Shown here: piece by piece, positions 39,685-49,450 of the stretch
Position numbering within the stretch: the stretch's first letter is position 1
How the letters are laid out: each line of letters starts with the position of its first letter
Position numbers and translations under genes: made by a program
Source of the DNA: Candidatus Cloacimonadales bacterium
GTDB taxonomy: Bacteria; Cloacimonadota; Cloacimonadia; Cloacimonadales; JAFGVF01
DNA: 64,000 nucleotides
Direction: 5' to 3'
NCBI GenBank assembly: GCA_963662585.1
Contig: OY759729.1
Location: 448,001-512,000 of the forward strand
Notes under the pieces: model-generated
What the model saw: only the letters and a program-made list of their open reading frames with translations
What the model was told of the DNA's origin: nothing
The model's database searches: none

Positions 39685-40898
39685 AGGAAAAGTAGTTGTT
39701 TTATACTCTTTTTGATGACTTCTAATTCATCGATAATTGAATCTAAAGCTACATGATAACTATGGAGTTTCTGAATGTTAAACATCTCAACTTTCCCATT
39801 ATAAAGTGACTCATTATCAATATAAATCAGAACAGAGCAATTAGCATTTTTAGCTAATTCTAATGCTTCTCTGCTATCAGAATTTACTAAACCCTGAATT
39901 GTATAGATCATCTTTTTGTGAAGTTCTTGTAAGATCTGCATCTCATTGAGAAGAAGGTCTTCAGTTTCGGAGCAGATAAAAACTCTGAATTCAAAATTAT
40001 TTTCTGGGAATAGATGGCTTTTCTTGATTAAATCATAAATGACATCTAGGTTAAGATCAAAACCTATAGAAGGAATCTCTTTTCCTGTAACGAAATGAGT
40101 TAAATGGTCATATCTTCCACCTCCACCAACCAAGATATCTTCATCACCTTGTTTTACATAGAGATTAAAGACCATACCATTATAGTAATTATAGGTTCGT
40201 TTTAGTTGAGGATTATAGTTATATTTTATCATTAAGTTTGATAAGAAATGTCTAATTTTATGCAATCTTTCCTGACAAACATCACAATAATCTGCGTTTG
40301 AAAGAGAATCTTGATAATAGTTAGAAGGTAATTTAACCTTAACTTTTTCTTTGGTTGAATCTCCCTGCCATTTATTTTTCATTGCTTCAGGAAGGTTTAA
40401 AGTACATTTTTCACAACCATAAGAGTTAATTTCGACTAAAGTGGTCTTAAAGCCAAAAGTATTAAGAAGTTTTAGGGCAGTATCTATTACAGTAATATCA
40501 GAAACAATTGTAGTATCGCCATAGATTTCGGCACCAAGTCTATAAGTTTCTTGAACTTCATCATTTATAAGCCTAATCATATTCCCCATATAAAAATATT
40601 TTAATACTTTATTATGATCATAATCCTTGAGGAAGTTTGAAAGTATGCTGATAGTTCCTTCTGGACGAATACTTAAATTTATCTTTGAAGAGAGATTTAC
40701 AACTATGTTTTGAAGTTCTTTTTCATCTTTATGAGAGAAAAACTCTTTTTGTAAACAGTTATTTAGTACTTCTCCATCTTGTAGAAATGATAATCTAATT
40801 TCTTCAAAATCATGTAATCTCATAACATCATAGATTAATTGCTCAACATTTCTCCAATTCTGGGTATCTGCACTGGTAATATTCTTTAATATCATCAA
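39681..40898 (-). CDS. Divergent histidyl-tRNA synthetase paralog (HisRS/HisZ-like)
   Basis: IRPEGT, GGGGRYD, PSIGF retained; motif 2 degenerate; C-terminal anticodon-binding-like domain. Confidence 0.75.
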   Translation of the reverse strand: MMILKNITSADTQNWRNVEQLIYDVMRLHDFEEIRLSFLQDGEVLNNCLQKEFFSHKDEKELQNIVVNLSSKINLSIRPEGTISILSNFLKDYDHNKVLKYFYMGNMIRLINDEVQETYRLGAEIYGDTTIVSDITVIDTALKLLNTFGFKTTLVEINSYGCEKCTLNLPEAMKNKWQGDSTKEKVKVKLPSNYYQDSLSNADYCDVCQERLHKIRHFLSNLMIKYNYNPQLKRTYNYYNGMVFNLYVKQGDEDILVGGGGRYDHLTHFVTGKEIPSIGFDLNLDVIYDLIKKSHLFPENNFEFRVFICSETEDLLLNEMQILQELHKKMIYTIQGLVNSDSREALELAKNANCSVLIYIDNESLYNGKVEMFNIQKLHSYHVALDSIIDELEVIKKSIKQLLFL

Positions 40899-41275
40899 AT
40901 TACTCTTTTCTTATGGATATATATCCTGATAAATACAGAAATAAGAACTCCAATTAAAACCCCAAAATAATTTGCTAGAACATCATAAGCACTATAAGAT
41001 CTACTTGGAACTTTGATTTGAATTGCTTCATCAATAATAGGATAAAACTGAAGGGGAATATAGAACAATAACTTTTGAGTATAAGACCAGTTTGTATAAT
41101 GCAAGAAATTATATAGTATTACAGAAAAAAAGATGAATTTAATTGCATGTAATAATTTATCATGCCCAAAGATGTAATCGATAGGAATACTGTGTGATGG
41201 TAAAATACTAGTTATTATACTGGCGATAAACCATAATACCAATAATACTCCGAAAATATTTTTATATCTATTCAT
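40895..41275 (-). CDS. VanZ family membrane protein
   Basis: DKLLH, DEAIQ..VPSR, DVLANYFG. Confidence 0.8.
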   Translation of the reverse strand: MNRYKNIFGVLLVLWFIASIITSILPSHSIPIDYIFGHDKLLHAIKFIFFSVILYNFLHYTNWSYTQKLLFYIPLQFYPIIDEAIQIKVPSRSYSAYDVLANYFGVLIGVLISVFIRIYIHKKRVI

Positions 41276-42554
41276 AGTTCTCTACTTGGTTTAATATGTT
41301 TAATTGTACAAACTCAATTCTCTGTCCATTGATTGAAGTTATAGTGAATTTAGCTAAACTTTCAATTTCAAAAGTTTCACCTTCACTTGGAATATGGTTA
41401 AATTCTGAAAGAAGGTAATCCGCTAAATTATCATACTCTTCTGAATCGATATCTAATTCAAACTTCTCATTAATTTCAGAAATACTGAGTTTACCAGATA
41501 AAATATAGACATTTTCTGATATTTCATCAATTTCTTTAGGTTCGTCAGCATCATATTCATCTAAAATATCGCCAACTAACTCTTCTAATATATCCTCTAA
41601 AGTAACTAATCCAGCAGTTCCACCATATTCATCAACAACAATTGCGATTTGCATTTTATTGGTTTGGAAATGGTTAAACAAGACTTGAATTTTAGCATTT
41701 TCAGTGATAAAGAAAGCAGGTCTTTTAAGTTCTTTAATATTACTATAACCATTATTAAGAATAAGGTCTTTAACATTTATGATACCAGTTATATTATCAA
41801 TATTTTCACTATAGACAGGAATACGAGAGTAACCAAATTCTCTAATTTTCTTCTTCAATTCTTCTATTGATTCATTTTCTTCTACAGCTACAATATCTAC
41901 TCTAGGCATAATAATTTCTCTTACTTCAGTAGAAGAGAACCTAAATATACCAGCGATAATCTCTTTTTCATTATCTTCTAGGGGATGATCTGCAGATTCA
42001 GATTTCACTAAATTCTTAAAATCCTCTGTAGTAATTTTATAGCTCTCTTTAGTAGAAATAACATTCTTCTTAGAGATGAGATTAATTATAATTTCAATTG
42101 GTTTTAAAATAGGGTAAAGAATATAACTTAAGGGTAAAAGGAAAATACTTGCAAATCCTGCAAATTTTTCACTATTTCCGAAAGCAAAGAGTTTAGGGAT
42201 AATTTCACCCATTGTGAGCAGAGCAATAGCTGTTATAACGATCTGAATAGCAATCAAGATTGGACTTGTGCTATTTGCAAACCAGTGATAAGTTTGATTT
42301 AATTCAATAGCTAAAATTGTTGAAATAGAAGAAACAGCAATATTTATTAAGGTATTGCATAGCAATATCATAATTAATAGATAAGTTGGTTTTCCTAAAA
42401 GTTTTATGATTCTCTTAGAACCGTTTTTTTTATTACTCTCTAATTTCTTAATCTGTAATTTATTAATCGAGAAAAATGCTGTCTCTGAACCTGAAAAAAA
42501 AGCTGATAATACTAATAACAATAGTAATGCCAGATATGGAAGCGAGTCGTCCAC
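41268..42554 (-). CDS. CNNM/HlyC-CorC family protein (DUF21-CBS-CorC)
   Basis: SAFFSGSETAFF, GEIIPK, IMPRVDI, YSRIPVY, VDEYGGTAGLVTLEDILEELVG. Confidence 0.92.
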   Translation of the reverse strand: MDDSLPYLALLLLLVLSAFFSGSETAFFSINKLQIKKLESNKKNGSKRIIKLLGKPTYLLIMILLCNTLINIAVSSISTILAIELNQTYHWFANSTSPILIAIQIVITAIALLTMGEIIPKLFAFGNSEKFAGFASIFLLPLSYILYPILKPIEIIINLISKKNVISTKESYKITTEDFKNLVKSESADHPLEDNEKEIIAGIFRFSSTEVREIIMPRVDIVAVEENESIEELKKKIREFGYSRIPVYSENIDNITGIINVKDLILNNGYSNIKELKRPAFFITENAKIQVLFNHFQTNKMQIAIVVDEYGGTAGLVTLEDILEELVGDILDEYDADEPKEIDEISENVYILSGKLSISEINEKFELDIDSEEYDNLADYLLSEFNHIPSEGETFEIESLAKFTITSINGQRIEFVQLNILNQVENYE

Positions 42555-42556
42555 TA

Positions 42557-42973
42557 TTAAAGTATCTCCTTTTTAATTAAAATAATATATTCTTTCTCTT
42601 TACTCTCCATGATTAACTTATCTTTTTTTGATAAGTGATCATAACCTAACAAGTGAAGTAAGCCATGAATAAATAATACAGCTACTTCATAATCTAAACT
42701 ATTCATTCCTCTCTGTTTTTCTGCAACAGAAAGGTCAATTACGATATCACCATAAGTAGGTAAAAATGCTAGGTCAGAAGCAAAAGAGATAACATCAGTT
42801 TCGGAGTCTTTCCCCCTAAACTTTTTATTATATTCCCTAATTCTTCCCTGATCCAAGAGAAGTAAAGATACATCTTTCTCTTCCTTGGATTCCTTTTCTA
42901 ATAAGCTTTTATAGATATAGGTAAGCCTATCTTCTAGTACATTTATATTAGTTTGATTATCAATATCAAGCAT
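42557..42973 (-). CDS. ybeY: rRNA maturation RNase YbeY
   Basis: N..FRGKD..TDVISF, GDIVI, HGLLHLLGYDH. Confidence 0.95.
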   Translation of the reverse strand: MLDIDNQTNINVLEDRLTYIYKSLLEKESKEEKDVSLLLLDQGRIREYNKKFRGKDSETDVISFASDLAFLPTYGDIVIDLSVAEKQRGMNSLDYEVAVLFIHGLLHLLGYDHLSKKDKLIMESKEKEYIILIKKEIL

Positions 42974-43097
42974 TATTACCTCATAAATGTGATTTTTTTA
43001 TTTATCTTAGATTAGTCAAGCATTTTATTGTAACCAATTGACAGAAGAGCCAAAAGTGATAGGTAATAGCTAATCTAAAGAAGCTTTTTTAGATGCC

Positions 43098-43129
43098 AAA
43101 AGAGACTCACCAAAGTTCAGTAAGTCTCT
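43098..43129 (-). terminator. Possible terminator after fadL-like gene
   Basis: AGAGACT(C)AC...GT(A)AGTCTCT stem with adjacent short A run. Confidence 0.45.
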
Positions 43130-43152
43130 ATTTATTTATCTATTTGTATTGA

Positions 43153-44463
43153 CTAGAAGGTATATTTAAGTCCTACTGTGTATGAGAATAAGTCCATTTG
43201 GTGAGTACCAGGCATATTATGACCAGAGGCTGTTACTTCTCTCTCTTCACCAAAGTAATATTCAAGAGCTAAATCAAGAGTAACGCCACTATAAGTATAT
43301 CCACCACCAAAAGTGACATTATGATTAGTTGAAGAAGGGAAAAGAATATTTACAGTTTTATCAGGAGCAGGAGCTGGGTCATAGAAATATCCTGCTCTTA
43401 AAGCAAAAGCATCAGTAGCCATAAATTCAGTACCAAATCTAATTTGAACAGCATCATCCCATTCCATTGGAGTTAAAAGGTTTTCAGTTCCTTCTTCCAT
43501 GATAATTTGAGAGACCATTTGATCATAAGTGCTCCAACGAGTTAATTGAGCATCTAAGTTAAAAGTCCATCTATTAGTTGCTTTCCATGAAGTACCTAAT
43601 CCTATCCAGAAAGGTAATTCAAAATCTCTTCTTACATATAGTTCATCTTTTGTAGTACCATCTTCATTAGCTATTGGTTTATTGGAGAATTCCGCTTCAC
43701 CTGAAAGAGCGACTACTGAAGGTGAACGATAAGTAAGACCTATTGAGAAATTATCAAGAGGAGCATATTGAATACCAAAGCCGAAACTTGTTCCGCTACC
43801 AGAAACATCTTCTTTGTATTGTGTATCTAGCATACCTTGGGCATCAGGGGTTAATTCATTAGTAAAGTTGTTTATTCTATTCTCTCCACGCTCAAGTTTC
43901 ATTGAACCGTGATGAATATTTACAGTGAATCCAACATTAAATTTATCAGTAACTTGATAAGCAGCTGAGGAACTTAAAGTAATCATAGAAATCTCTGAGT
44001 ACCAGTCAAATTCTTTACCGTAAGAATTATTATTCAAAATCATACCAGGAGCAGGTTCATAAGTTGCGGGTCCATTAAAAGCTAATAAATCAGCTCCGTC
44101 CCATTCTGCACCAAGTCCGTGAGGTACGAAAAAGCCGAAACCCCAAGCAAATCTATCACTAGAATAATTTGTGAATATATGTGGGGACATAAAATGAACA
44201 TCATCCGCTTCTGTGTCTATAGCATAAGCATCATTTTGATAAGATGGATACAAGTAAACATCAACCATGGCTGCACTAAAGGAAGCTTTCTGTCCGATTA
44301 AACCAGCAGGATTCCAATAAACAGCAGTAGCATCATCTGCTTGACCAATAAAGGCACCACCCATAGCCGCGGCTTTGGGACCGATACTATTTAAGCTTAT
44401 TCCGTTTCCACAAAGAGCAACAATTAAAGTTAATAAGACAAGTGTAATTAGACTTTTTTTCAT
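43153..44463 (-). CDS. OmpP1/FadL family outer-membrane transporter
   Basis: AAAMGGA..GQADDATAVYWNPAGL, LRAGY.YD.AP, terminal YTF. Confidence 0.88.
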   Translation of the reverse strand: MKKSLITLVLLTLIVALCGNGISLNSIGPKAAAMGGAFIGQADDATAVYWNPAGLIGQKASFSAAMVDVYLYPSYQNDAYAIDTEADDVHFMSPHIFTNYSSDRFAWGFGFFVPHGLGAEWDGADLLAFNGPATYEPAPGMILNNNSYGKEFDWYSEISMITLSSSAAYQVTDKFNVGFTVNIHHGSMKLERGENRINNFTNELTPDAQGMLDTQYKEDVSGSGTSFGFGIQYAPLDNFSIGLTYRSPSVVALSGEAEFSNKPIANEDGTTKDELYVRRDFELPFWIGLGTSWKATNRWTFNLDAQLTRWSTYDQMVSQIIMEEGTENLLTPMEWDDAVQIRFGTEFMATDAFALRAGYFYDPAPAPDKTVNILFPSSTNHNVTFGGGYTYSGVTLDLALEYYFGEEREVTASGHNMPGTHQMDLFSYTVGLKYTF

Positions 44464-44672
44464 AAGATCTCCATATTATTTTTAGTATTTTTACTTATTA
44501 ATACTAAAATGAACCTTATTCATTTTTCAGTCAATCTTTTTTTATCTATTATAATAATTATTTATTTTAAGCTATATCAAAGTAACTCATTAAGAATAGT
44601 TTGGAAAATCTAAAAAGATTGTATTTTTTTTGTAAATATGCTTGTATCTTTGCTGTTTTTTTTACTAATCAT

Positions 44673-44700
44673 AAAAAGAGGGACTTGCTAAGAAGTCCCT
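44673..44700 (-). terminator. Intrinsic terminator after dcp
   Basis: AGGGACTT-6nt-AAGTCCCT with T tail on the minus strand. Confidence 0.7.
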
Positions 44701-44725
44701 AATCTATCTATATTTATTTATATCT

Positions 44726-46768
44726 TTATTTTTTTAATCCATCTCTTCTGAGCATTGCATCTGGATCTGGTCTTCTACCTCTGAATTTTATGAAAAGATC
44801 CATTGGGTGTTCAGAGTTTCCTTTAGAAAGAATATTATCTCTGAATGACTTAGCAGTCTCTTTATTGAAGATACCATCTTCCTTGAATTTTGAGAAAGCA
44901 TCTGCATCAAGAACTTCAGCCCATTTGTAGGAATAGTAACCTGATGAGTAGCCACCGTGGAAGATATGAGCAAAGGAGCAAGAAGTATTAACACAATCAA
45001 CTCTTGGATAAAGTCTGGTTATTTCTGTAACTTCTTGTTCAAACTTAGCAACATCTTCAACATTTGAAGGGTCTGCAGCATGCCAAGCCATATCGATTAA
45101 ACCAAGAGAAACCTGTCTAACATTAAAGGTACCTTTGTTAAAAGTTTCTGCTTTTTTAACTTTGTTAACTAGTTCTTCAGGGATAAGTTCACCTGTTTCA
45201 TAGTGATGAGCAAAAAGTTTTAAGGTATCCATTTCTAAAACCCAGTTTTCCATGATTTGAGAAGGTAATTCTACGAAATCCCAATACACATTAGGACTTG
45301 CTAATGATTTATAATGAACATCTGAGAGAAGACCGTGTAAAGCATGACCAAATTCATGGAAGATAGTTGTTACTTCATCAAGAGAGAGAAGAGAAGGTTT
45401 ATCTTCTGAAGGAGGAGTTAAACTGCCAACAACAGAGATGAAAGGTCTTTTAACTTCACCTTGTTGGAAGCCTTGAGAACGATAACCTGTCATCCAAGCT
45501 CCTGCTCTTTTTGTATCTCTAGGATAGAAATCAACATAGAAAAGTCCCATATATCTACCATCTTCTTCTTGAGTAACTTCAAATACTCTAACATCTTTGT
45601 GATATTTAGGAAGATCAGCATGTTCAGTGAATTTTAAACCGTATAATTTATTAGCAACAGTGAAAATACCATCGATAACATTTTCTGCTTTGAAGTAAGG
45701 TCTTAACTCTTCTGAATCAAAATCAAATTTTTTCTTTTTAAGAATTTCTGAATAATATGATACATCCCAAGGCATAAGAACATCAATACCATCTTCTTTA
45801 GCCAAGGCTTCAATTTCTTTAACTTCATTTTTTGCAGCTGGTAAGGCTACAGCAAGAATTTGTTCTAAGAAATCTTTAACTGTTTCTGGATTCTCTGCCA
45901 TTCTTTCTTCAAGAGTAAAGTTTGCGTGTGTCTCATAGCCTAGTAATTGAGCTCTTTTAAATCTAAGTAATGCTATTTGCTTTACTAATTCTTGATTATC
46001 AAATTCATCACGGAAAGCTCTTGAGCCCCATGCTTTACTGAATTTTTCTCTTAGCTCTCTGTTTTTACCATATTGAAGGATTGGCATAAAAAGTGATGGT
46101 TGAAGTATGAATAACCATTTACCCTCATGACCTTTCTGTTTTGCCATGAAAGCTGCTTGGGCTTTAGCATTTGCTGGAAGACCTTCTAATTCAGCTTCAT
46201 CTTCAACGATATATTCAAATTTATTTGTAGAGTTTAGGATGTTTTGAGAGTATTGTGGACCTAATTTAGACATTTCCATATTGATTTTCATCAATTCTTG
46301 TTTTTTATCTTCAGGTAAAAGAGCACCATTACGGATAAATGATTTATAAGTTTTCTCTAATAATCTTGTTTGTTCTGGGTTTAAGTTCTCTTCGCTTTGA
46401 TGATCATAAACATATTTAAGCTTTTCAAACATTTTTGGATTCATCATTGTCTCATTACCAAATTCAGCTAATTTCTGAGAAATTTCACCAGCTAAAGCTG
46501 AGAATTCTTTATCAGCATTACAACTTAGTAAATTAAAATAGATGCTTGTGATATAATCTAACTCAACTCCTGATTCAGCTTCTATTGTATTAGCGAAATT
46601 TGGTGTTTCTGGACTATCAATAAATTCTTGAAACTCCTTTCTAGCGATTTCTAAAGCCCAATCGATTGCAGGCATGAAGTGTTCTGTTTTGAATTGATCA
46701 AAAGGAATTGCTTCGAATTTCGAGTATCTTTCCCCAGTCATTAAAGGATTCTTTTTTTGTTCAGACAT
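44726..46768 (-). CDS. dcp: M3A family peptidase (peptidyl-dipeptidase Dcp / oligopeptidase A)
   Basis: KRAGAWM, FHEFGHALH, DFVELPSQIMENW, HIFHGGYSSGYYSYKWAE. Confidence 0.9.
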   Translation of the reverse strand: MSEQKKNPLMTGERYSKFEAIPFDQFKTEHFMPAIDWALEIARKEFQEFIDSPETPNFANTIEAESGVELDYITSIYFNLLSCNADKEFSALAGEISQKLAEFGNETMMNPKMFEKLKYVYDHQSEENLNPEQTRLLEKTYKSFIRNGALLPEDKKQELMKINMEMSKLGPQYSQNILNSTNKFEYIVEDEAELEGLPANAKAQAAFMAKQKGHEGKWLFILQPSLFMPILQYGKNRELREKFSKAWGSRAFRDEFDNQELVKQIALLRFKRAQLLGYETHANFTLEERMAENPETVKDFLEQILAVALPAAKNEVKEIEALAKEDGIDVLMPWDVSYYSEILKKKKFDFDSEELRPYFKAENVIDGIFTVANKLYGLKFTEHADLPKYHKDVRVFEVTQEEDGRYMGLFYVDFYPRDTKRAGAWMTGYRSQGFQQGEVKRPFISVVGSLTPPSEDKPSLLSLDEVTTIFHEFGHALHGLLSDVHYKSLASPNVYWDFVELPSQIMENWVLEMDTLKLFAHHYETGELIPEELVNKVKKAETFNKGTFNVRQVSLGLIDMAWHAADPSNVEDVAKFEQEVTEITRLYPRVDCVNTSCSFAHIFHGGYSSGYYSYKWAEVLDADAFSKFKEDGIFNKETAKSFRDNILSKGNSEHPMDLFIKFRGRRPDPDAMLRRDGLKK

Positions 46769-46978
46769 ATTTTTCTCCTCTGAATAATTATTAATTTACG
46801 ACAAAATAATTGATTAATACTAATTGTCAATAATAATTTATCTACCTAGGGTTTAATTGTGTTTATCTATGTTTAAATAAAGGATTTTTTCACTCATTAT
46901 TTTTTTTCTAATTATTGTTTTGACAAATATTATCTTCTAACTTTTTTGGAGTTTCAAAATAAATATTTGGGAGAAACC

Positions 46979-47532
46979 TTGGAAAAAACGATTAAAGCAA
47001 ACCCGGCACCAATTGGCTTAATAGGCTTTGAATGACTACTATACTTTTAAATATTCATAATGCTGGATTCTTTCCTCTTGATGTTGTAATTATGGCAATG
47101 GGCTTAACTATTGGTGGACTTGCTCAGATTATTGCGGGTATTTTAGAGTACAACAACAATAAGACCTTCGGAACTGTAGCTTTTGTAGCTTATGGATTCT
47201 TTTGGCTTTCATTAGTCTTAATTTGGACATTACCTAAAATGGGATTAGGTCAAGCTCATTCACCTTTATCTCTTGGATTCTATCTCCTCCTCTGGGGTAT
47301 TTTTACTCTGGGTATGTTCATTGGCACTTTCCGTTCAGTAACAGTCTCTAAATTAGTTTTTGGAACTCTCTTTATCCTCTTTATGCTCCTTGCTATTGCT
47401 AACTTCACTGGAAGTCACCTCATTCACACTATTGCAGGCTATGAAGGTATCCTTTGTGGTTCTTTAGCCATGTATGAAGCAATAGCTCAAGTTGTTAATG
47501 AATCATTAGGAAGAAAAGTTTTACCACTATAA
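46979..47532 (+). pseudogene. satP: Acetate uptake transporter SatP (GPR1/FUN34/YaaH), frameshifted near 47030
   Basis: GGGAG RBS + TTG 46979 gives MEKTIKANPAPIGLIGFE-stop (TGA 47033); the remainder MTTILLNIHNAG... starts at ATG 47032 in another frame; one extra G restores ...GFGMTT. Confidence 0.8.
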
Positions 47533-47560
47533 ATTATATATTATTAGTGAAAGGAAAATT

Positions 47561-47588
47561 ATCCCCCTCAGTGAAGGGGGATTTTTTT
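47561..47588 (+). terminator. Intrinsic terminator after satP
   Basis: ATCCCCCT-CAGTGA-AGGGGGAT followed by T run. Confidence 0.8.
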
Positions 47589-47806
47589 GGTTCTTAGCTA
47601 GAGCTTCGAACCACTATTGGTGTGTATCAGTAACAGTGTCTTGCGACCACTGCCTATTAGATGCTATCCCAACAGGATTTAAGAGCTTCATTCTTTGCTT
47701 TTCTTAACTTTTAATTACTTCTCCTTCTCCCCGTCTTTTCTGAAAAGTTAAATATATATTGCCATATTTTCTTGTTTAAAATAGTTGGCTTTAGAGGAAT
47801 ATAAAA

Positions 47807-49042
47807 ATGAATAGGAAGAATGTATATCAATCAACAGTAACAATGCTCTTGTTATCAGCTCTATTTAATGGAGTCTTTAATGGTTTTACTGGAATTCAAG
47901 ACATCATAGCCCGGAAAGCTTTTAATGCCTTAGATTGGCAGTTAATGGTCTTAACCATGATTTGGCCAGTAACCAACTTTTTATCTATTTGGTGGGGAAA
48001 AATATTAGAAGAAAGTAGTAGCAAAGCTAAGTTCTTTTGGGCTGTTGCTATCTTGGGTAGATTATCACTCTTGTTAGCTTACTTTGTTACATCTATGAAT
48101 ATCTATCTGATAATCTTTGGTTTAGTATCTTTCTTTAATGGGATTCTATCACCAGCTTCCAATTCTATTTATCAGAGTAACTTACCCCATAATCGCTCGA
48201 AAGTTTTCGGTTACACCATGAGCCTGGCATCATTTATGAGTATGATTTTTGCTTGGATATCGGGAAGATATTTAGACTCTTCAGAAGCTAATCTTAAAAT
48301 GATTTTCATCTTTGTATCTCTAGCAGGTTTTATTTCAGCATCAGTCTTGAGTTTTATTAAAATTGATGATAATAAAGTTACCTACCAAAAGAAGATGCCC
48401 AGGAAAGAATTCTTCCTTACTCCCTTGCGAAGAGCTTTTCAATTGCTTAAGACAAATAAACCTTATGCTCATTTCCAAAGAGATTTTACTCTTTACGGCT
48501 TTGGTTTTCTCTCACTTGCTCCAGTAATACCAATCTTTATGGTAGATAATCTCAACTTAAACTATACTCACTCTTTTATTTCTAAAGGTATTTTAGCTCA
48601 AATAGGATTCTTAATTTTATCTCCTATTTTTGGTAAACTTCACGATAATTTCCATCCTTTTAAATTCGCCGGATACTCTTTTGGAGCTATTGCCCTCTTT
48701 CCTCTTCTACTAATTATTACAGGACAATTTACTAATCACTTAATTAGTTTAATCGCCATATATTTTACTTTCTTAGTCTACGGTTTTGCTATGTCGGGTG
48801 TAAACATGGCTTGGAATATGAGCTCTATTCACTTTGCAGGCAATGAAGATGCTTCCATGTATCAAAGTTTGCATATTACTATTACAGGAATAAGAGGACT
48901 TTTTGCTCCTGTACTGGGTATTCTGGCGAAAAATTATCTAGGTATCTATGGTGCCTTCTTTATGTCTTTCTGCTTTTTCGCAACAGCAGCAGTCTTTAGT
49001 TACAGAGATTATAAAGCTTATTCTTCAGGAAGACTGAAATAG
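47807..49042 (+). CDS. MFS transporter
   Basis: About 12 hydrophobic segments, central hydrophilic loop, FGKLHD motif-A-like stretch. Confidence 0.8.
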   Translation: MNRKNVYQSTVTMLLLSALFNGVFNGFTGIQDIIARKAFNALDWQLMVLTMIWPVTNFLSIWWGKILEESSSKAKFFWAVAILGRLSLLLAYFVTSMNIYLIIFGLVSFFNGILSPASNSIYQSNLPHNRSKVFGYTMSLASFMSMIFAWISGRYLDSSEANLKMIFIFVSLAGFISASVLSFIKIDDNKVTYQKKMPRKEFFLTPLRRAFQLLKTNKPYAHFQRDFTLYGFGFLSLAPVIPIFMVDNLNLNYTHSFISKGILAQIGFLILSPIFGKLHDNFHPFKFAGYSFGAIALFPLLLIITGQFTNHLISLIAIYFTFLVYGFAMSGVNMAWNMSSIHFAGNEDASMYQSLHITITGIRGLFAPVLGILAKNYLGIYGAFFMSFCFFATAAVFSYRDYKAYSSGRLK

Positions 49043-49450
49043 ATTCTAAACAAATAACAATTTATAGGATACATAATAAAAAGCTCTTTTTTAGCATAAC
49101 TATTTGGAAATATTAAGGGAATCTCAGTTATGACTTTTCCATCTTTGCTTCCTCTTAACTTACTCCTAGTTACTCTTCTCAAATGTTTATTGAACTTAAA
49201 TTGAATTGTATGAGAAGGAGGAAGGGACGATTAAAGGAAGTTAATAATGAGTTCGCTTATAATCACCTATTACAGCCTATAAAGTTAGAATATCTGCAAG
49301 CATTGAAGAAATAATTAACTTCTTGGAATAGTAAATGTATAAAAAAATATTAAGTCCAAATAATGCAATAGAGCTTTGCGAAGAGTACTTAATTCTAAAT
49401 CAAAAACTACTGCATAATCTGGTAAAATAAACTACTAAATTTGAGGAATT

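Noticed and set aside
47586..47670. Riboswitch upstream of the MFS gene
   Set aside because: Only a weak CAGTG...CACTG palindrome resembling a decayed REP; no recognisable aptamer consensus.
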